Assembly (NCBI RefSeq): GCF_000143415.4 | Contig: NW_003314283.1 | Coordinates: 630,752-694,751, forward strand | Direction: 5' to 3' | Length of the DNA: 64,000 nt | DNA from: Selaginella moellendorffii | Lineage: Eukaryota > Plantae > Lycopodiophyta | Shown here: piece by piece, positions 49,540 to 62,531 of the stretch | How positions within the stretch are numbered: the stretch's first letter is position 1 | Layout: the number at the start of each line of letters is the position of its first letter | Program-made: the position numbers and the translations under genes | Notes under the pieces: generated by a model | What the model saw: the letters and a program-made list of their open reading frames with translations, nothing else | Told to the model about the DNA's origin: nothing | The model's database searches: none

Positions 49540-52500
49540 ACTAGTCCATTGCTATCCATTGGGCCATAGAGAAAGTTAAAACATAAACAAAGTTTATTAT
49601 AGTTTGTTTTTATGTTTTAAGGTGTAGTAGGATAGGAGTTAGTTAATATAAAGCTTCTTTATATACAATATTGATGGTGAATGTTGATGAATTGAATGGA
49701 ATTAAACAACCTTGTGTGAGTTGTGTCAACTTGAATTGCAAGTTGTTGTGGTGATATGCATCTTGAGAGTGCAACATAAAGCTGCCCATAGCATAATCCA
49801 ATTATTGGAGACATATTTCTCAGAAGAATAACTATACAACCTTCTTTTAGTATTAATTTGTGTGGTGGTAGTCCAGAGGGAGTAATAGAGTTTAGAAATT
49901 CAATTGGGAAATCTTCAAAGTGTTCAACATCAACAAAGTCAATGCTAATATAAATTTGAGGTGGACCTGGTAATTGAGAGATGATGTTGTTGTTAATTGG
50001 AAATGTATCATCATTGAAAGGTGTTAAAATGGCTCTATTTGCTGCAATTTGAACATTTAAAATGTCTTCGATACATAGGAATACGAAATTAGTAATAAAG
50101 GTACTTCTAATTAGTTCTGAAGGAAAAAGGATAAAATCAAGTGGTAAAATAGGGTTTTGTGTGTAATTATTTCCATCACTAACTTTCAATAGCTATTCTG
50201 CCCAGTCTGGGAACTTGGGGCCAAGCTGCATATTTGTTTGCAATTGGAACTTTCTAAATAGATTTCATAGACTATTCATTCTTATAAATGTGGAAACAAT
50301 TTATGCTTAATGATTGTGTGGGACAACTGGTAATGTTTGACAGAAGTCACCACTTGTAACAATAACAATGCCATCGAATGGAGAATTGTTTCGTTTCAAG
50401 TCTCGTAGGTAGCGGTCGATAGCTGAAAAGGCAAGTGTATAAACCATATTAATTTCATCCCAAATAAGCACTTGTATTGCTTTCATAAATCTGCTGGCAC
50501 TATTATTAGGTGTTAAACCAAAAACAGATGTATCATTAATTATAACTGGTAACTTAAAGGTTGCATGGGACATTTGTCCATTGTGTAGTAATGTGCAATG
50601 CCATACAAACCATTTTTTTATTGTAGAACTCAAAATATTTTACCATTGTACTTAATAAATATGTTTTGTCAATACCGCCAGGGCTATCAATAAAAATAAA
50701 ACGGTTGGTATCGGTCGGGCACTTGACAATGGTAACAATTTAATTAAATATAGCTAATTGTTCAACATTCATGTTTCTAATATGATGGTAAATTTTTATA
50801 TATGAATGGTTGTAGTTTAGTATTGGTTGAATAGAGGTATTTAGGATTGGGATAGGTAAGTTGTATAATTGGTTTGTTTTACTATGTATTTTCATTCTTG
50901 AGTTAATGTCTATTAAAGCAAGTTTATATTGGCATACAATATTTGTTCTCCCAAAATCTTCAGAGAGCTGATCCTTAAAAATATCCTAAAGATATAATGG
51001 GTCTTGTGGATTGCAAAAAATATATATGAAAGTAAAAAGTTGATGCAATTGTGTAGGCATTTGAAAATTGCATGATTCTTGTAAACAGTTACCACTCATT
51101 ATCATCATCAAGAAGACCCATAGCAATAGCAACTTATTAAAAGCTTTAGTAAGTTATATCATTAATTATTTTAATATTGTCGAAGGATGTCACACCTCTT
51201 TTATGAAGAAGAATATTATATAAGTGGTACAACTCAGTATTTAGAGGAGATACTGAGTATAGTCAAGGAATAACTTTTTTTTTTCTCAACATTACCATAC
51301 ATTAGCAAATTTATTGAAAACATAATGTAAAGGTATTTCAACAAAGGTATATTGTCTTGCATTCGGATAATAAATATTGAGTTCAAACCATTTTGTTAGC
51401 ATTGTTCCATTATGTGCTGCTCTTTGCAAGGCATTGTGCTCCGAGCCTTTTGTAAAATACATATTTTGGAAGTCAGGAAGATGTACGGGTAGACGTATTA
51501 TAGGGTGTGAATGTTCATGCATTTTAAATCTAAATATCCTCCAAATAACTTCCGATGTTGAAATGTATCGGGTATTTATAAAATTTGTGATTTCATCACA
51601 ATTTAATATATTTTCAGATTGAGTAGCTGTTTGGATTTCAATGGTTGCACAATTATATCCTTTATAAACATATTGAAAAAGATACTTAATACTTTTAATT
51701 GATGCACATATTTCTACATTTATATGGGCTTTGTATTTTTTACATAAATATTTATTATATGGGACAATCCATCTGTTATCAATTGGAATATCATTTTTAA
51801 GGAAGGTGTGACTATTGTTTGGCTTAAAATATTCTGGGTACCCATCGACACAATATGTAGTTCCGTCATTGAAGTTTTTGGGATAGTTTTTGGAGCATTC
51901 TTTATTTTCCATACATGGACTTTGAGGATTTAGTAATCCACATGGACTATATATCATATGTGATGTGATTATTTCAAATAATTCGGGCTTTGATAAAAGG
52001 TCAAGTAATTGAGCAGATACATATTGGTCAATAGTGTCACGGTCTTTAATTTTACTTTCATTGTATAATATGCCTAAGAAATGACAATGTGGCAAACCTT
52101 TTTTTTGGAACTCAATGACACATATAAATGCAATACATCTTCCAAAGATATTATTTTGTGTAATATCATGAAGAAAATATTTTAGCTTCATGTTAAAAAC
52201 CCTAGCAACTAAATCAGGTCGGTGTTCAGATCCTTCATTAGGGTGTAGATTTTATAATATCTGAAGCTATTTAAGGTTGCAAGTGAAAGTTATGAAAATA
52301 TCAAGTTTTGAGTATTTTGTTACAATTGCCATAACATCTTGGTAATTTTGTTGCATAGCTCTTGGGCTTCCTGTAAAAGTAAAAGGTAAAATAACAATTT
52401 TTCCTGATTGAGCATTTATATTAGCAGCTTTGCCAACAACATAATCCATTAAACCTGTATAAAAATCAACTCTTATATTTTTTTGATTAGATCTATAATA

Positions 52501-55500
52501 TTGATTTCAATTTTAACATAGGCATCTATAATATATTGTTGGGTGAGTTTTCCAATATGTAAAATTTGGTCATATGTAACTGTAGAGGTTGATAATGTTG
52601 AATCTCTTTTGGATAAACGATATATATAATATTGAAGGAGTGTTACATGCTTGTTAGAAGAAAGCTTGTCATGCCAAGCTCTATCTTCATGTGGAAAAAG
52701 CAATGGATAAACCATAAGATCACAATTAGCATTTAAAATAGATATATGTTGTGGTTCTGATGATTTTGGATGAATGCATATTTCACAGTCAAAAGGTGGC
52801 ATACCATCTTCACTTTGGAAAACTATTGCAACATCATTAGTTTGTGGAGTATTATATCGACGATGGTCTGTGCCTTCATTTTTAATGAGCATATATACTC
52901 CATGTAAATTGCTACCATAAATAAGTTCTTGAAATATTTTCTCATTCCAATTCATACATCATTCTAAAAGCTTGTGCATGTGGATTAATATGTCAAAGTA
53001 TCATATCTAGTTGAAGCAGTAAATTATAATCACAGTTAATGTTAAAAGGGTTTTGTTTTCTAATATCAGTAGCCTCATTGGAATCTAGCATATACAATTG
53101 ACTGTAACTTGGATTTTGATGTATTGAAGGATGTTATAGCATAATTTTGTGATAGATTTGTCCATGAATTTCTATAGCAGTATGGACCATGACCCGTAAA
53201 AGTATCAATGCTAGCTCCCATAGATGCGAAAGCAAATGCATTATTACATTGTCTTATATTACTCTTGAAATTAGAGTGTTTATATGAGTTATATACAGAA
53301 TACAGAAAAGGTGGTAATGGAAGTATTGGAGGCAGGTAGACCTATCCACTCTAGCAACAAATAAACTTGTTCTCATCGGCAAAGTGTGAGGCATGACAAT
53401 ACTTACAAATATATGATAAGGGACCTATATTCATTGTCAAAACAGATGTATCATTATATAGGTAATTGCTAGCAAGTGTGCTGCAAATCTAAGGTGAACG
53501 GGGCAAATAGGAATTGGAAATTGACTGCTGTTTAATGTGATTATTAAGATTTGTTTGATGTCGATACAGAGTATCCTCTTGATATTACTGTTGTAAAAGC
53601 TATATGTATGCTTGTGGTAGTTAGTGTCTTAAACGTTGGAAATGGAGATCAATTATTAGGGCAGATAGAAAGCAAAAGATTTTTACTGAGGGGTATGGAC
53701 AGGCATTTCTATGCAATCGGGTGTTGCCAAAAGAACAGATTGATGTGTGTTACTTGATACAGTGTCTTCTTGCAAGACTTACATTTTTGCTACCTCACTG
53801 CGAGCGCCATGTTTCCTCCACCAAATTGGGATCTGCAAGGCACACACTCCAATTGATCAGCCCGGGAATTTGTGGAGTAGCACAGCGCCTCAGATCTACG
53901 AGCTCAAATGGAGGATCATCCCGTCGTGTGGCGGCCCAAGAGAAGAAAACCCTGGGAACATGGAGCCTCGCTGGCCGTTGGATCATCTCCAAGCATTGGA
54001 AATCTTCCAAGCTCTTGTCAACATCATATGCATGGAGTAGCAGATTTCCACTCTTTCTTCTTTTCCAGCTTCACAGACCCCAAGACGTAACGAAGCTGTG
54101 AGGATTGCCAATGAATCTCCATCACCATGAAGTGTCTGTCCATCCTGCTCACTCCCTCGGCGAGTTTGGCAGCCATATCCACCAGTCCATCGCTTGCTTG
54201 CTTGCTTGGAAGAGTCACTCCAAAACCTGAAACAAATAAAGGTGCATCGGTACTGCCACAAAACGAAATTATAAAAAATACGAACAAAGAAGACATGAAA
54301 AAGGAAGAGAGAAACTACCATGGGAATATGTGGCCACCAATTCGTTGTGGACAAGAACACTAAACTCCGATTCCATTCGGCCACAGGGATCTATCTCACA
54401 AAATTATTGCAGGTGGCCCAGGCATTACTGCTTACTTGGTTGTGTGAATTATTTTCCTCGCAGTCCCCCAGCCGAGAGAATGCTTCTTGTATGGAACGAA
54501 GATGGTTGCAAGACGGAAGTAAGCAGTCAAAGCTTGCAGGGCATGATTGGCTCGTTGTCGTCTTGAACATGGCTCGCTCGCTCAACTCTCATCCAAAAGT
54601 CTTTGCGAGAAAAAATCGAGCAAAGCAGCTGCCAAGCTTTTCGGGGACCTGTTTAGCGAATAAAACAAAGCATGTGTTATCAAGTGAAGTGATAATGCTT
54701 TGCTTACTGCATGAGTTTGTGCTCCTTGTCCCATCGCACCACTGTTGTGTGTGTTGTGTGCGTGAGTGATGGAACGATATACCACTTGCTCGTCGCGTGC
54801 TCTGGAGCCGACCATCTGCCGCTCACTTTACAATTACGTGCATTCCCTGGAAGAATAGACTCGTCAGTAAAAACCACAGTATGTTTGGGTAAGCTTACCC
54901 CTATTGTCTTGTTGGGATCATCGATGGCTTTCCTCGGGGCCTCAACACTTCTGTACATGATGAAAGAGAATCCCCTGCTGGATCAAAAATAGGAATTCCC
55001 GTGCCTCACCTCCACACCTCCAGGCTCTGCAACGCCCTTGCTCGCCATCCATTCCAGCAAAATCCCTGGCCGCTGCTTCCCTGTCGATGCCTCTGGCCAC
55101 GCCATTGCAGCTGCTCGTCGCCAAAATCCTGCTCGGACGATTTGGGCTCCTTCTGCTGGCTGGAAAAGGGAATGCAGCATTGCCGAGCGATCCCCTGTCC
55201 TTGGTTGCTGCTGGGCAGCAGTGCCCCCTCTCCCGCTTCCCCTGGAAACCCCGTGGTTGGGAGGAGCCGTGGTGAAAAAAAGAGAGCTTTACCAGGCAAG
55301 CAGACGGGTGTCGCTCACACCTCCTCCCCTGGCCGGGGCCATGCCGCGCGCCCACTGGCCAGCCCATAACCTCACAAAAATATTTCAAAAGGACGTGTGG
55401 TAAGAAACCGATATTTACCAGTTTACCCCACATCCGACGGCCCCGATTGGCCAGATCCGGCGGCCCACAAAGTTCGGCATTTGCTCCTTATAGTAGTAGA
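49540..55500 (-). mobile_element. Helitron 2 (decayed Rep/Pif1 at ~49660-53440 plus ~2 kb 5' region)
   Basis: VIEFQKKGLPHCH, WIVPYNKYL, WDEINM and GQLYVALSR. The minus-strand 5' end A|TCTACTACTATA is at 55500. A candidate CTAG 3' end at 49535-49544 is uncertain. Confidence 0.8.
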
Positions 55501-55614
55501 TGACAGATGACACACTTCCTCGTAATTAATAATGGGTTTTTTCAATTTGTGATTTCAATTTTTTTTTTCAATTTCAATTATTTTATTTGTTTATATTTAG
55601 GGTTTTTTTAAATG

Positions 55615-55850
55615 AATTGCAAAAAAATCAAGACTTTAATGTTGTATTATTTTGGTAGAATATCAACCTAGGACTCAAAGATGCATTCTGATTGTGTTCT
55701 TAGGATGCAAGAAATGGAATTTGGTGCTTTATACAGCATTTGATATTGAATCATTATGGTCAAGTAATAGTTATTGCAAACCCGAACCAACAAGATTGTA
55801 ATTTTAATATGGGATGCCAAATGTTCGTTTTTGTTGATTATTATTTCCAT
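55615..55850 (+). pseudogene. Decayed copy of the bulb-lectin 3' end
   Basis: Aligns by eye to 61860-62170 (ATCAAxCTxGGACTCAAA...AGGATGCAAGA...GAATCATTATGGTCAAGTA). Confidence 0.75.
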
Positions 55851-56219
55851 TATTCCTATTATTATTAGTATTATTTTACGCCAAACCAGATTTAAAAGAA
55901 ATAAGGACTTGTGATTACCACGAGATATAATATTTCAGACGGAATGTAACATGAAATAGATACAGTGAATTCGGGAAAGATTTCATAGTGCAGGGAACGC
56001 TACTGGAATGTTTTATTGATTTAGAATCCAGTAGGAAACGTTGAGAACAAGCTCATCAAGTTCCACATGATTAATTTTTATATGTTTCACGAAGTGTTTT
56101 AGACCTTTTGTTTTAGTGTGACTACTATTCCTAGTAGATTTCGTCCACCACTAGGAAACCTCCAACGCTCTTTGAATTTTTTTTGTACTCATGTGACAGC
56201 ATAAGAATTGCCTATAGAC

Positions 56220-56645
56220 TAGAGCATTTGTATCCATTTGGAACCGTGTGCTCGGACTCCACTATTGACAACGAAAAGCATGTAATACCCGGAGGGCTAT
56301 TGTTTTTGTAGGACGCGCTCGTACTACGAACATATAGTATCCAGAATTCTCATCAACTCGCAGCCGATTCATGGAACACGCGTGTGTCGCAAAAGCTGGA
56401 GCATGCTTCCGTGTCACCCAATACCGAAAGCAAGAACTCGATCATGATCTGAAAGTTGTATCCAACTTGGAGATGGAACTTATCTCAGCTCTCACACCAT
56501 CGAAATACGATTCCAAGTATCAGGGCTGAAAGCTTCGATCCTCAGCTCCATGGGAACAAAACTCCGCTAAAGTTATAGCCAACGTTTGGATTGCTCCCGG
56601 CCACGAAAACTGGTATCCAGTAGTAAAACTGTGGAGTGGTACACA
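56220..56645 (-). pseudogene. Decayed copy of the glyoxal oxidase 3' end
   Basis: Aligns to 62532-63005 with deletions. Confidence 0.85.
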
Positions 56646-56647
56646 TA

Positions 56648-57505
56648 ACAGCTGACATTCCATCCATAAAATGCAATCGTCCATCTTAGGATATCTAAAA
56701 GAAGAAATGTTAGAGAAATACGAGAAGAAGAAGAAACGAAACTTTGAGCTCACCATCAAGTGTCTTTGGATCTACCCTTGTTGAAGTGGCTCTGGTAAGG
56801 AATTCCATGACTTGCAACACCAGTGAACTTGGTTGCAAGCACTGCACAAATCTTGACCGCTTGGGCCATTTCCAATCCTTGTGAAACAATGAAACTGATG
56901 GAGAGCTTTCCAGGTTTGAAAAATCACTAGTTTGATCATCCAAACTCGATTAAGTGGCGGTTAAGCGGGGCAATCGCGGCCGCTGGTGCGGTGGGGTGGT
57001 TGACCGATTATCCCTTCGTGCCTCGCCGCTCGTCCAGGGATGCGAGGAGATTCCCGGGTACCTCAAGAGCTTCGCGGTGGAGTTTGGGCTTGGCGACGTG
57101 AGGTTTAACTCCAAAGTCAAGTATGTTGGATTGGTGGAGAGCAATTGGATAGTCAAGAGCTCGAGCAGGAAGAAAAGAGAGTGAGGAGGTGTTCGACGCG
57201 GTCGTGGTTTGCAATGGTCACTATTTCCAGCCAAGAGTTGTTCAAATTCCTGGTAAGTTTTTCCAAAGCAACGAATAACTTTCATAAATAGAGAGAAGAA
57301 CTCTTTCTCTCTATTCAGATCCCCAAGAAGCGACCTCCCGCGGCAAATTCGTGCGCAGGGATTCATAGATGCTGCTGAGAGTGATTCTCTTGGTGGAGGA
57401 TCATATACCCATGTACCTCCGATTCGTCGGGCTTGTTCGAAGATCACGACGCTGTGGTCCTCTCGCAGGAGCTCCCGGACGCACCAGCGCCAATCACTGC
57501 TACTT
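56648..57505 (-). pseudogene. Decayed, internally rearranged copy of the FMO 5' half
   Basis: Shares IFEQARRIGGTWVYDPPP and intron sequence with 59260-60240; the ~57000-57290 portion is inverted. Confidence 0.85.
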
Positions 57506-58542
57506 TGGTTCTCACTATTAGCATCTACTTTGATTATTCCAAGTCAAACTAGCATTGGTACCTCAGCCAAGCCACCCGAGTAACTTGAATCCCAATTGAA
57601 ACTATCAAAGATTCAATCTTTGAGAGTATTCATATCCCTCTTACATTGTTCTTGTATGTAAAATGCAGGAAGAGCTAGTACCAAGACGGGAGATGATGGA
57701 TTTTCGGATGTATCCCAAGGTGTTCTTCGAGGAAGGACTCCTGTGGAGCTTCTTGTTCGTGAGGTTCATCATGCCTCCCGGAGCTCCAGAAACGGTATCA
57801 ATGATTTTATCTATAACATGTTTGATCCAATGTGATATAGTTTTAAAAGCTATTTCATCCAACTAAGTGGGCGTGCGAGCTCAGTGCTGCCATCACGGTG
57901 CCAGTTTTCCAGTGGGTAGTAGTGCGAGGTAAAAAAGCAGATTTGATCCTACTTTGCTCTTTTCTATATCCTTTTTTTTACCGAACATCGAAAGGTGCTC
58001 AAGATGCTGCTAGGGCGTCCTTGTGCTTGCGGCGCACCGAATAGTTTCTCTTTGTATGCATTTAAGAATCTTGACACTGCTGTTTTGTTTCACTCCGTCT
58101 AAGCATGATGTAAAAATACTTTTCCAGGTGTATAGAACAGCACCTGTGCTGGAATGTGCGTAAACGTGTTAAAAATTCCCCCCAGGAAATATTCACAAAA
58201 AGATTGATGTTATCATATGTTCTCCCTTGATCACTCTTGAACATTTTGTTGTAGATTTGGAGTTGGACTCTGCCCACTCTCGAAGAAGATCCAGCACTGA
58301 AGCAACCATGTCTCCAGCTTTGTAAGTTTATATTCTTTGTATATCATAGAAATTTTGCTCACTAGACTCTGCTTATTTGGTTAAAGGTCCAACTTAAATG
58401 AACATTTTCTAAGTGTGCCATCTGGATATTTATCTGTTGTTTTATGTTCATTGCAAAGAAAAAGAAAAGACCTTATTGCTATTATTCCTTCATTGTTATT
58501 CTTATTGTTTCTTAGACATTATTGTTATTGTTATTGTTATTT

Positions 58543-60245
58543 TTATTGTTCACGCATGAAAAAGCTGGTAGCCAGGACGCCTACCACCTTTTCATGCAAA
58601 TCATTGTCACTCCATTCATCTCTATAGCTATCTGAATTGAGCTTCCTGTTATCTCGTGTGCTTAGAAAGAGCTCCTTCCTCCAAGGCTCAAAGCCATGGC
58701 AAGTTCCTCCACACTGCTTTGCTAGCCATTCAGCATAGTCGAACTAGATGGAAACAGTAGGCATTAGAAACTAAAAGAGATAAAAACTAAAGAAGAGAGA
58801 AAAAGAAAACAAACCATCTCGAGATCTAGCCGGTGTGTGTGTCGATTTGGAACTCTCTGAGCTTCGAGAGTTCTGTAAAAGCCCACAACGTCGTTCGCCA
58901 TCTCTCCTTTCGGTGGTAAACTAGCTCGTCCTTTGAGCACGGCAGAAATCCATTTAGCTTGTAGCTCGCTCAAAGGAAAAGGGATAGTCTGGAAAGGACG
59001 ACAACTTAGATGGAAGAGCTCGAAGAAATAAACGATGAAAACCTTCCAAGGCAGGCCAATAAACGAGAGAGATGGAGCCAACGCAGGAGGAAAGACATGC
59101 TTAAACAAAGGTCCAACGCGATTGTCTTCCACTTTAACGTAGTTTTTGGTATCCAAGAATGAGAAGTCATATAAGTAACTGCAAAAGCACATTATGTGAA
59201 ACGAAAAAGAGAAGGAGAACTCGTAAATTACCCAGTGCAATGCAAGATAGCATCCACAACAGCTGATGTTCCATCCATAAAATGCAATCGTCCATCTTTG
59301 TCAGCTTTTGATATCTGAGAGTAGAAACTTTAGAGAGAAGACGAAAACAACGCAACTTTGATCTTACCATCAAGTGTCTTTGGATCTTCCCTTGTTGAAG
59401 TGACTCTACCGGAGAATTCCATAACTTGGCACACCAGTGAACTTTCTTGCAATCAGCAGCAATGTCGCTGCACAAATCTTGGCCACTTGGACCATTTCCA
59501 ATCACTGCTACCACCTTGTGAAACAATGAAACTGATGGAGAGCTTTCCAGGTTTGAAAAATCACTAGTTTGATCATCCAAACCTGGTCTTTGAAAAGATC
59601 TGGAGTGCGATAGGTATGACTGTGGTATTGTTTTCCAGGCCACTTCTCAATCCCTGTAGAAACAAAGAGTTCTTCGTTCTATCTATGAAGTTCTTAGATG
59701 TTTTGAGAAGACTTACCAGGAATTTGAGCGACCCTTGGCTGGAAATAATGGCCATTACAAACCACGACCGCGTCAAACACCTCCTCACTCTCTTTTTCTT
59801 CCTTTCCAGCGCTGCTCGAGCTCTTGACGATCCAATTGCTCTCCACCAATCCAACATACTTGACTTTGGAGTTAAATCTCACGTAGCCATGGAGCCCAAA
59901 CTCCACCGTAAAGCTCTCGAGGTAATCCAAGACTTCCTCGTGGCCGGGGAATCTCCTCGCATCCCTGGACGAGCGGCGCGGCACGAAAGGATAATCCAAG
60001 AAGCCCATGACCTCCCGCGGCAAATTCGTGCGCAGCGATTGATAGATGCTGCTGTGGCATGAATGATTGCGGGCCACATTTGATGATCTAGAGTGAGACT
60101 CTTGCGGTGGAGGATCATACACCCATGTACCTCCGATTCGCCGGGCTTGCTCGAAGATCACGACGCTGTGGCCCTCTCGCAGGAGCTCCCGAGCAGCTAC
60201 AAGACCCGACGCGCCAGCGCCAATCACTGCTACTCTCTTCTCCAT
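58543..60245 (-). CDS. Flavin-containing monooxygenase, FMO GS-OX-like, multi-exon
   Basis: VAVIGAGASG, LRTNLPREVMGF, VCNGHY, WPGKQYHSHTY, VIGNGPSG, HVFPPALAP, and a C-terminal SYRDEW; short GT-AG introns. Confidence 0.92.
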
Positions 60246-60564
60246 GGTTCTCGCGATTAGGGCATCTACTTTGATTATTCCAGTCAGTGGTCAAAGTAGA
60301 TTAAGGATTATACTAACAATACCAGATTTGCCATATGTAAATGTAGGAAGATGGAGAACTCTTGTGGAGCAGCGAGCTGTGAGTTTTATCTATAACCCAA
60401 TGTCATAAAGCTATTTCCAACTATGTGGGCGTATCAAGATTTGATATCCTTTTTTTTAAGTAGATGGTTAAGCTAGTTCTCTCTATAATATCATAGAAAA
60501 TTCGCTTACTAAACTCTGTTTAACTCAGTGTCCTACTACGGCCCGAAGAGCTATCCAATACTCC

Positions 60565-60980
60565 CGCAAGTTTTTAGAGAAGTCTTGAATGACACTTCCA
60601 AGGGTCATGGTAAACTTGCCAACCAGAGAAGTTCTCATTATCAACGGGGCTCAACAAGGTACCGCCGGAATGGAGATGCGCGAGAAACCCAGCTTTAACA
60701 CTACTCTTGCATTCAACTTAAGTTCACCACTCTAGCTTCCACAAGCATCCCACGCACGGTAATTTACGAGTTCTCTTTCTCTTTTTCGTTTCATATAATG
60801 TGCTTTTACATCCTTGGACACGGAAGACAATCACGTTGGACCTTTTTTTAAGCATGTATTTCGTCCTGCGTTGACTCCATCTCTCGTTTGTTGGCCTGCC
60901 TTAGAAGGTTTTCATCATTTATTTTCTTTGAGATCTTGCATCTAAGTTGTCGTCCTTTCCAAACTATTCCTTTTCCTTAA
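60565..60980 (+). pseudogene. Inverted chimeric fragment: glyoxal oxidase piece joined to FMO piece
   Basis: 60565-60757 matches the reverse complement of ~63005-63260; 60758-60980 matches the reverse complement of ~58975-59232. Confidence 0.75.
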
Positions 60981-61224
60981 CTTATACAGAACTGTAAACG
61001 CAAGGAACAATAACATTTTCTTTTTGCAATGAACATCAAACAACAGTTTATACATATCTATAGGACAGATGGCACACTTAGAAGATGTTTAATTTTTATT
61101 TCCAGCATAGTTACATGTTTTAAGATCATTGGCCCAACTAGGAACTCTGGACCTCAAGGAGAAGAGCCTTGTCTCTAACCAACAGGTTGACAAATGCTTG
61201 ATATTTGTTCACTCAATATTGAAA

Positions 61225-62139
61225 ATGTTTTTGCTGCCTTGCATCTTGATCTATTATACTGTTTTCCCTATGGCATTAGTAATAGCTCCTGGTAAAGAAA
61301 TGGTCTTTGTATTTAAAGGAACCTCTGGAGCACTTACTCGAGGAGATATTGATCGTGTATTCTTTCATCTACGTATGTCTCCTATTTTTGAGTTGTATGA
61401 GTCGGAATCAACACCTGTAAAAACAGTAATCAAGAACAGCATTACAGAAGAGGGCAGCGATCGTGTAATTGATATCTATTTTTACATTTTCTCAGCATCC
61501 ACAGATTGTAGTCGGCCTAATGAGAATGGAAGAGTGAATAATACCAAAGTTATTAAAGTGATAGATAGAGTGGCAAAATTAGTTTTACCCCAAGCACTAT
61601 CTACACGTGCATCTTATTATTTTATATTTATTGCAGACCCAGAAGTTGGAGTCTTTGGTTTAGCATATGTTGTAAGAGGATACCACTCACGTCCAATGGC
61701 CCCATCAAATGAAAATATAATAGCTACAGGGTCTTATTTTTCTTGCAATCCAGAGGATTTTACACTTTTCAGTGGATACAAAAATATGATTCTAGCAACC
61801 AGGTGGCCTGGTCAATGGCTAGTATTTTTCTTGAAATCAATTATTTTTATAATGCAAGAAGACTGTAATGCTGTATTATATTTTGGTAAAATATCAATCT
61901 GGGACTCAAAAACATATGGGATGAGTTTTGATTGTGTTTTTAGGATGCAAGAGGATGGAAATTTAGTGCTTTATGGAGCATTTGATATTGAATCATTATG
62001 GTCAAGTAGTAGTTATTGCAAGCCCCAACCAAATTGTGTTGCACCCTCAGAATTGGCACTTGAACAAGACTGTAATTTGGTTGTTTATAAATATGGGAAG
62101 CCAAATGTTCAATCTTGGGCAAGCAAAACCAAATGCTAA
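61225..62139 (+). CDS. Bulb-type (GNA-like) mannose-binding lectin with uncharacterised N-terminal region
   Basis: Three QxDxNxVxY motifs (QEDCNAVLY, QEDGNLVLY, EQDCNLVVY) and a hydrophobic N-terminus. Confidence 0.8.
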   Translation: MFLLPCILIYYTVFPMALVIAPGKEMVFVFKGTSGALTRGDIDRVFFHLRMSPIFELYESESTPVKTVIKNSITEEGSDRVIDIYFYIFSASTDCSRPNENGRVNNTKVIKVIDRVAKLVLPQALSTRASYYFIFIADPEVGVFGLAYVVRGYHSRPMAPSNENIIATGSYFSCNPEDFTLFSGYKNMILATRWPGQWLVFFLKSIIFIMQEDCNAVLYFGKISIWDSKTYGMSFDCVFRMQEDGNLVLYGAFDIESLWSSSSYCKPQPNCVAPSELALEQDCNLVVYKYGKPNVQSWASKTKC

Positions 62140-62531
62140 GCTTAGTATGGTTATTGTTGATTATTATTTTTAATTCTATTATTATTATTATTATTTATGT
62201 TTGATTATAGTTTCAAAGAAAATAAGGCAGATATAATATTTTCCGAAGGAATGTAGCATGGACTACCCTCTGCATGGAGCAACCTGGTGAAATAGATGCA
62301 GTAAAGTCAGTGAAAGATTTCATGCACTATGACGCTACTGCCTTTTTTATTGATTTAGGATCCAGACAACACAAGTCAAAGCGTTGAGAAGAAGCCCCGA
62401 CGAACGTTTCACAAAGTTTTAGTGTCACTACTATTCCTAGTAGATTTCGTCCGCCACTAGGAAACCTCCAAAGTCTTTCTGTGTGGAATCCCTTGTAAAA
62501 TTCATGTGAAAGAATAAAAATTGCCTATAGA

